Below, piece by piece: positions 61,771-64,000 of a stretch of 64,000 bases of DNA. Positions within the stretch are counted from its first letter, which is position 1, and the number at the start of each line of letters is the position of its first letter. A model generated the notes under the pieces. That model ran no database searches and was not told the origin of the DNA. It was given only the letters and a program-made list of their open reading frames with translations. The position numbers were made by a program, and so were the translations under genes. Origin of the DNA: Gemmatimonadaceae bacterium (GTDB taxonomy: Bacteria > Gemmatimonadota > Gemmatimonadetes > Gemmatimonadales > Gemmatimonadaceae). Where the stretch lies: assembly GCA_035249985.1 (NCBI GenBank), contig DATFFP010000051.1:4781-68780 (forward strand). The letters are read 5' to 3'.

Positions 61771-62817
61771 TCAGGATGCGGCGCGCAGGCGGCGCCGCCA
61801 GTCTCCCCACGCATCGCTCACACCCAGCACGGCGAACAGCGCGAGCATCACGGCCAGCGCCAGCAGGGCAGCGTAGGGACGAGGATTGAGAATCGCGATT
61901 ACCGCGGCGATCGCCACGAGCGCGGCGCTCCGTCGAACGAAGCTGTCGATGACGCCAAGACCGCGCAACGCGTACAACATACCGAAAAACAATACCAGGT
62001 TCTGTCCCAGCCTCGCGAGTGAGGCGAACGCGGGCAGGAGCACGAGCGTGAGCCCGACGATCAACCCCCACGCGAGGTGGTCGTGAAAGCGAAACTCCCG
62101 GAGCGCGGCGAGCGGCGGGCCGATGCGCGCGCGCGAGAGTCGGTGGTACAACGTCCACGCGAGCGCGCACACGACCAGTGACTCGAGCGCGAGCAGCGCC
62201 GGAAACAGCGGGGCCGCGCCCTCGGACAGCCGATGGAGCTCGAACGCGGTCTGATCGACGGTCTCGGTGGTCATGACCTCCTTCATCGACGGCACGCGCT
62301 CGGCGACGCTGCGCAGCGACAGCGTCAACGCGTCCACCGACTGCCGATTGCGGACGTCGTACTGCTCATCGAGGACTCGCTCCACACGTCTGAACGACGT
62401 CCCGCCGGCCACTCCATGCGCGAGTCCGACGAGCAGCGCCAAGCCGATCGCCGACAGCACCCGCGAAAAGAACGGACCGGGCCTGCCGAGAATGCACGTC
62501 ACGCCGAAGGCGCCGGCGAGCAGCAAACCCCACGCACGGGCGAGGTCGTAGTACGAGCCGCCCGACGCCGGTGCGGGCTGGGCCAGCACCCACGCGGCAA
62601 ACGCGAGCCACACGAGCGCGAGTGACAACCGCCCCCCCGCCCACCAGCCGAGAAGAAAGCACACGGCAATGGTGGGAACGAGCAGGATGAGCGTGTGCTC
62701 GACCGGGAGCACCGCGCGCACGGCGGGGAAGAGCGGAACCAACAAGAACGCCGCGAGAGCGAAGGCGAGTCGCGCCCACCCTCGCTCGCGCGGCGCCGGC
62801 GCGAGGCCGTCGGCCAT
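61771..62817 (-). CDS. Multi-pass membrane protein (DUF2232/YybS-like) between rpsR and rplI
   Basis: ORF 61771..62913 trimmed to MADGLAPAP (2 nt after the rpsR stop). About 8 hydrophobic segments. The position between S18 and L9 matches that of DUF2232 genes in other bacteria. Confidence 0.6.
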   Translation of the reverse strand: MADGLAPAPRERGWARLAFALAAFLLVPLFPAVRAVLPVEHTLILLVPTIAVCFLLGWWAGGRLSLALVWLAFAAWVLAQPAPASGGSYYDLARAWGLLLAGAFGVTCILGRPGPFFSRVLSAIGLALLVGLAHGVAGGTSFRRVERVLDEQYDVRNRQSVDALTLSLRSVAERVPSMKEVMTTETVDQTAFELHRLSEGAAPLFPALLALESLVVCALAWTLYHRLSRARIGPPLAALREFRFHDHLAWGLIVGLTLVLLPAFASLARLGQNLVLFFGMLYALRGLGVIDSFVRRSAALVAIAAVIAILNPRPYAALLALAVMLALFAVLGVSDAWGDWRRRLRAAS

Positions 62818-62819
62818 GC

Positions 62820-63047
62820 TCAGGTCTGGTGGTGGCCCTTGATGTACGGAATCAGAGCGAGATAGCGTGCCCGTTTGATTGCCGTCGACAGCTGCCGCTG
62901 GTGCCGCGCACACATTCCGCTCAACCGGCTTGGCAGGATCTTGCCGTGATCGGTGATGAAGCGGCCCAGGGTGCGATCATCCTTGTAATCCACGTAGCGA
63001 ATGCGCGATTCGCAGAACGGGCAAGCCTTCTGGGGTCGGCGCATCAT
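62820..63047 (-). CDS. rpsR: 30S ribosomal protein S18
   Basis: 75 aa. [15 protein letters not shown]...[46 protein letters not shown] overlap with the rpsF stop. Confidence 0.9.
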   Translation of the reverse strand: MMRRPQKACPFCESRIRYVDYKDDRTLGRFITDHGKILPSRLSGMCARHQRQLSTAIKRARYLALIPYIKGHHQT

Positions 63048-63406
63048 TCTTCGTCCTCCTCGTCATCATCGCGGCGGCGAATGCCGATCTCGCTGCCCGG
63101 CTCGATCGCCGGCGCTCCGACTTCGTGCTCGTGGAGCGTGATCAGATAGCGGACGATGCCGTCATCGAGCTTGAGCGCGCGCTCGTATTCCGGGAGCTTC
63201 GCGGGCTCCGCCTCGAAGCGCGCGATGGCGTAGTAGCCATTTTCCTTCTGCCCGATGGGATACGCGAGCTGCCGGCGTCCCCAGTGGTCGATGGCAATAT
63301 CGCCGCTCGCCGAGAGGAGACCGTGAAAACGTGAGATCTTGTCGTTGATTGCGGTGTCTTCGAGCGTGGAGTCGAAGATGTAGACCGCTTCGTACTGGCG
63401 GGTCAC
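63044..63406 (-). CDS. rpsF: 30S ribosomal protein S6
   Basis: 120 aa, GTG start with GGGAGG 9 nt upstream. [11 protein letters not shown]...[11 protein letters not shown]...GYY, acidic C-terminal tail. Confidence 0.9.
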   Translation of the reverse strand: MTRQYEAVYIFDSTLEDTAINDKISRFHGLLSASGDIAIDHWGRRQLAYPIGQKENGYYAIARFEAEPAKLPEYERALKLDDGIVRYLITLHEHEVGAPAIEPGSEIGIRRRDDDEEDEE

Positions 63407-63520
63407 AGTGGCAAGCCTCCCTTTGGTCGTGGTACCGCCCCCCGCTGGTTGCCGGAGCAGGAGGAGGGTGTCAGTTGTGAGTTCGGAAAGGTAGCGGGTT
63501 CGTAAGGCGCTGGCTACTGG

Positions 63521-64000
63521 CTAGACGTTGAATCGAAAGAGCATGACGTCGCCATCGCGGACGACGTACTCCTTTCCCTCGGAGCGCACGACGCCACGCT
63601 CCTTGGCGCCCTTCCAGCCTCCCGTGGAGACGAAGTCGTCGTAGCCCGCCGTCTCGGCGCGGATGAACCCGCGCTCGAAGTCGGTGTGAATGACACCCGC
63701 GGCGCGCGGCGCCGTGTCCCCCCGATGAATCGTCCAGGCGCGCACTTCCTGCTCGCCGGCCGTGAAATACGTTTGCAGCCCGAGCAGGTGGTATCCGGCA
63801 TGAATGACGCGGTCCAGCCCCGCTTCCTCGAGCCCTAACGATGCGAGGAAGTCGGCACGGTCCTCCGGCGGGAGCTGGCGAAGCTCGGCTTCGATCTTGG
63901 CGGAGAAGGGCACGACCTCGGCATGCTCACCGCTCCGGGCCACCGCCTCCCGCAGGGCGCGGAGGTGTGGTCCCTCGTTCCCGGCGAGCTCGGCATCGCC
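63521..64000 (-). CDS. ychF: Ribosome-binding ATPase YchF, C-terminal 159 codons (5' end beyond the window end)
   Basis: The frame is open to base 64000. The C-terminal TGS-like domain AWTIHRGDTAPRAAGVIHTDFERGFIRAE...EGKEYVVRDGDVMLFRFNV is highly characteristic of YchF/Ola1. Confidence 0.85.
   Translation of the reverse strand, partial: GDAELAGNEGPHLRALREAVARSGEHAEVVPFSAKIEAELRQLPPEDRADFLASLGLEEAGLDRVIHAGYHLLGLQTYFTAGEQEVRAWTIHRGDTAPRAAGVIHTDFERGFIRAETAGYDDFVSTGGWKGAKERGVVRSEGKEYVVRDGDVMLFRFNV

Noticed and set aside
1-64000. tRNA, rRNA, tmRNA, RNase P RNA, SRP RNA, prophage, insertion sequences, toxin-antitoxin pairs or recognisable defence systems.
   Set aside because: I saw no cloverleaf-like or conserved RNA signature motifs in the few gaps longer than 60 nt. 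I saw no transposase, integrase, reverse transcriptase or nuclease-type ORFs. Apart from the AT-rich CAGAATW hairpins, composition looks uniform. A tRNAscan/Infernal run would be needed to be certain.

Overview
This is a high-GC (roughly 68%, by eye) bacterial chromosomal window. It is densely packed with about 58 mostly housekeeping genes. I saw no rRNA, tRNA, CRISPR array, transposase or integrase.

Gene content:
- A MacA/TolC efflux pair.
- A 1357-aa NtrY-like sensor kinase.
- A pnuC / NR-kinase / TonB-receptor / NUDIX cluster.
- comM, ogt, larE-like and thpR.
- A sigma-54 response regulator, an aldehyde dehydrogenase, lepB and a short primary-type sigma factor.
- An M1 peptidase, a Big_2/LVIVD secreted protein and yajQ.
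- An eight-gene translationally coupled unit: rimO, hemL, spoIID-like, OMP, oxidoreductase, lnt, hyuA, hyuB.
- A crp / MBL / HD-GYP group.
- rpmE-prfA-prmC, ylbF-like, tmk, ctp, lolA-like and a DAHP synthase.
- smc preceded by two SPOR-domain proteins.
- A 1086-aa peptidase / PD40 / Omp85-like fusion coupled to rsfS.
- rpsF-rpsR-DUF2232-rplI and the 3' part of ychF.

The domain repertoire includes a short SigA, LVIVD repeats, an FlgD-Ig/T9SS-like tail and a PD40-Omp85 fusion. This suggests a Gemmatimonadota/FCB-like organism, but that is inference only.

The most unusual signal is non-coding. Eleven intergenic hairpins have arms that are inverted tandem arrays of 7-nt or 9-nt units. The unit sequence differs between loci, but the two arms at each locus stay complementary. 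Almost all of them abut or overlap a stop codon, and together they delimit the inferred transcription units. Three ordinary GC-stem/U-tract terminators also occur, one nested inside a repeat hairpin.

All product calls rest on motifs I recognised by eye in the supplied translations. No database search was run. Start codons are often uncertain, and many appear to be GTG with 1-4 nt stop/start overlaps.
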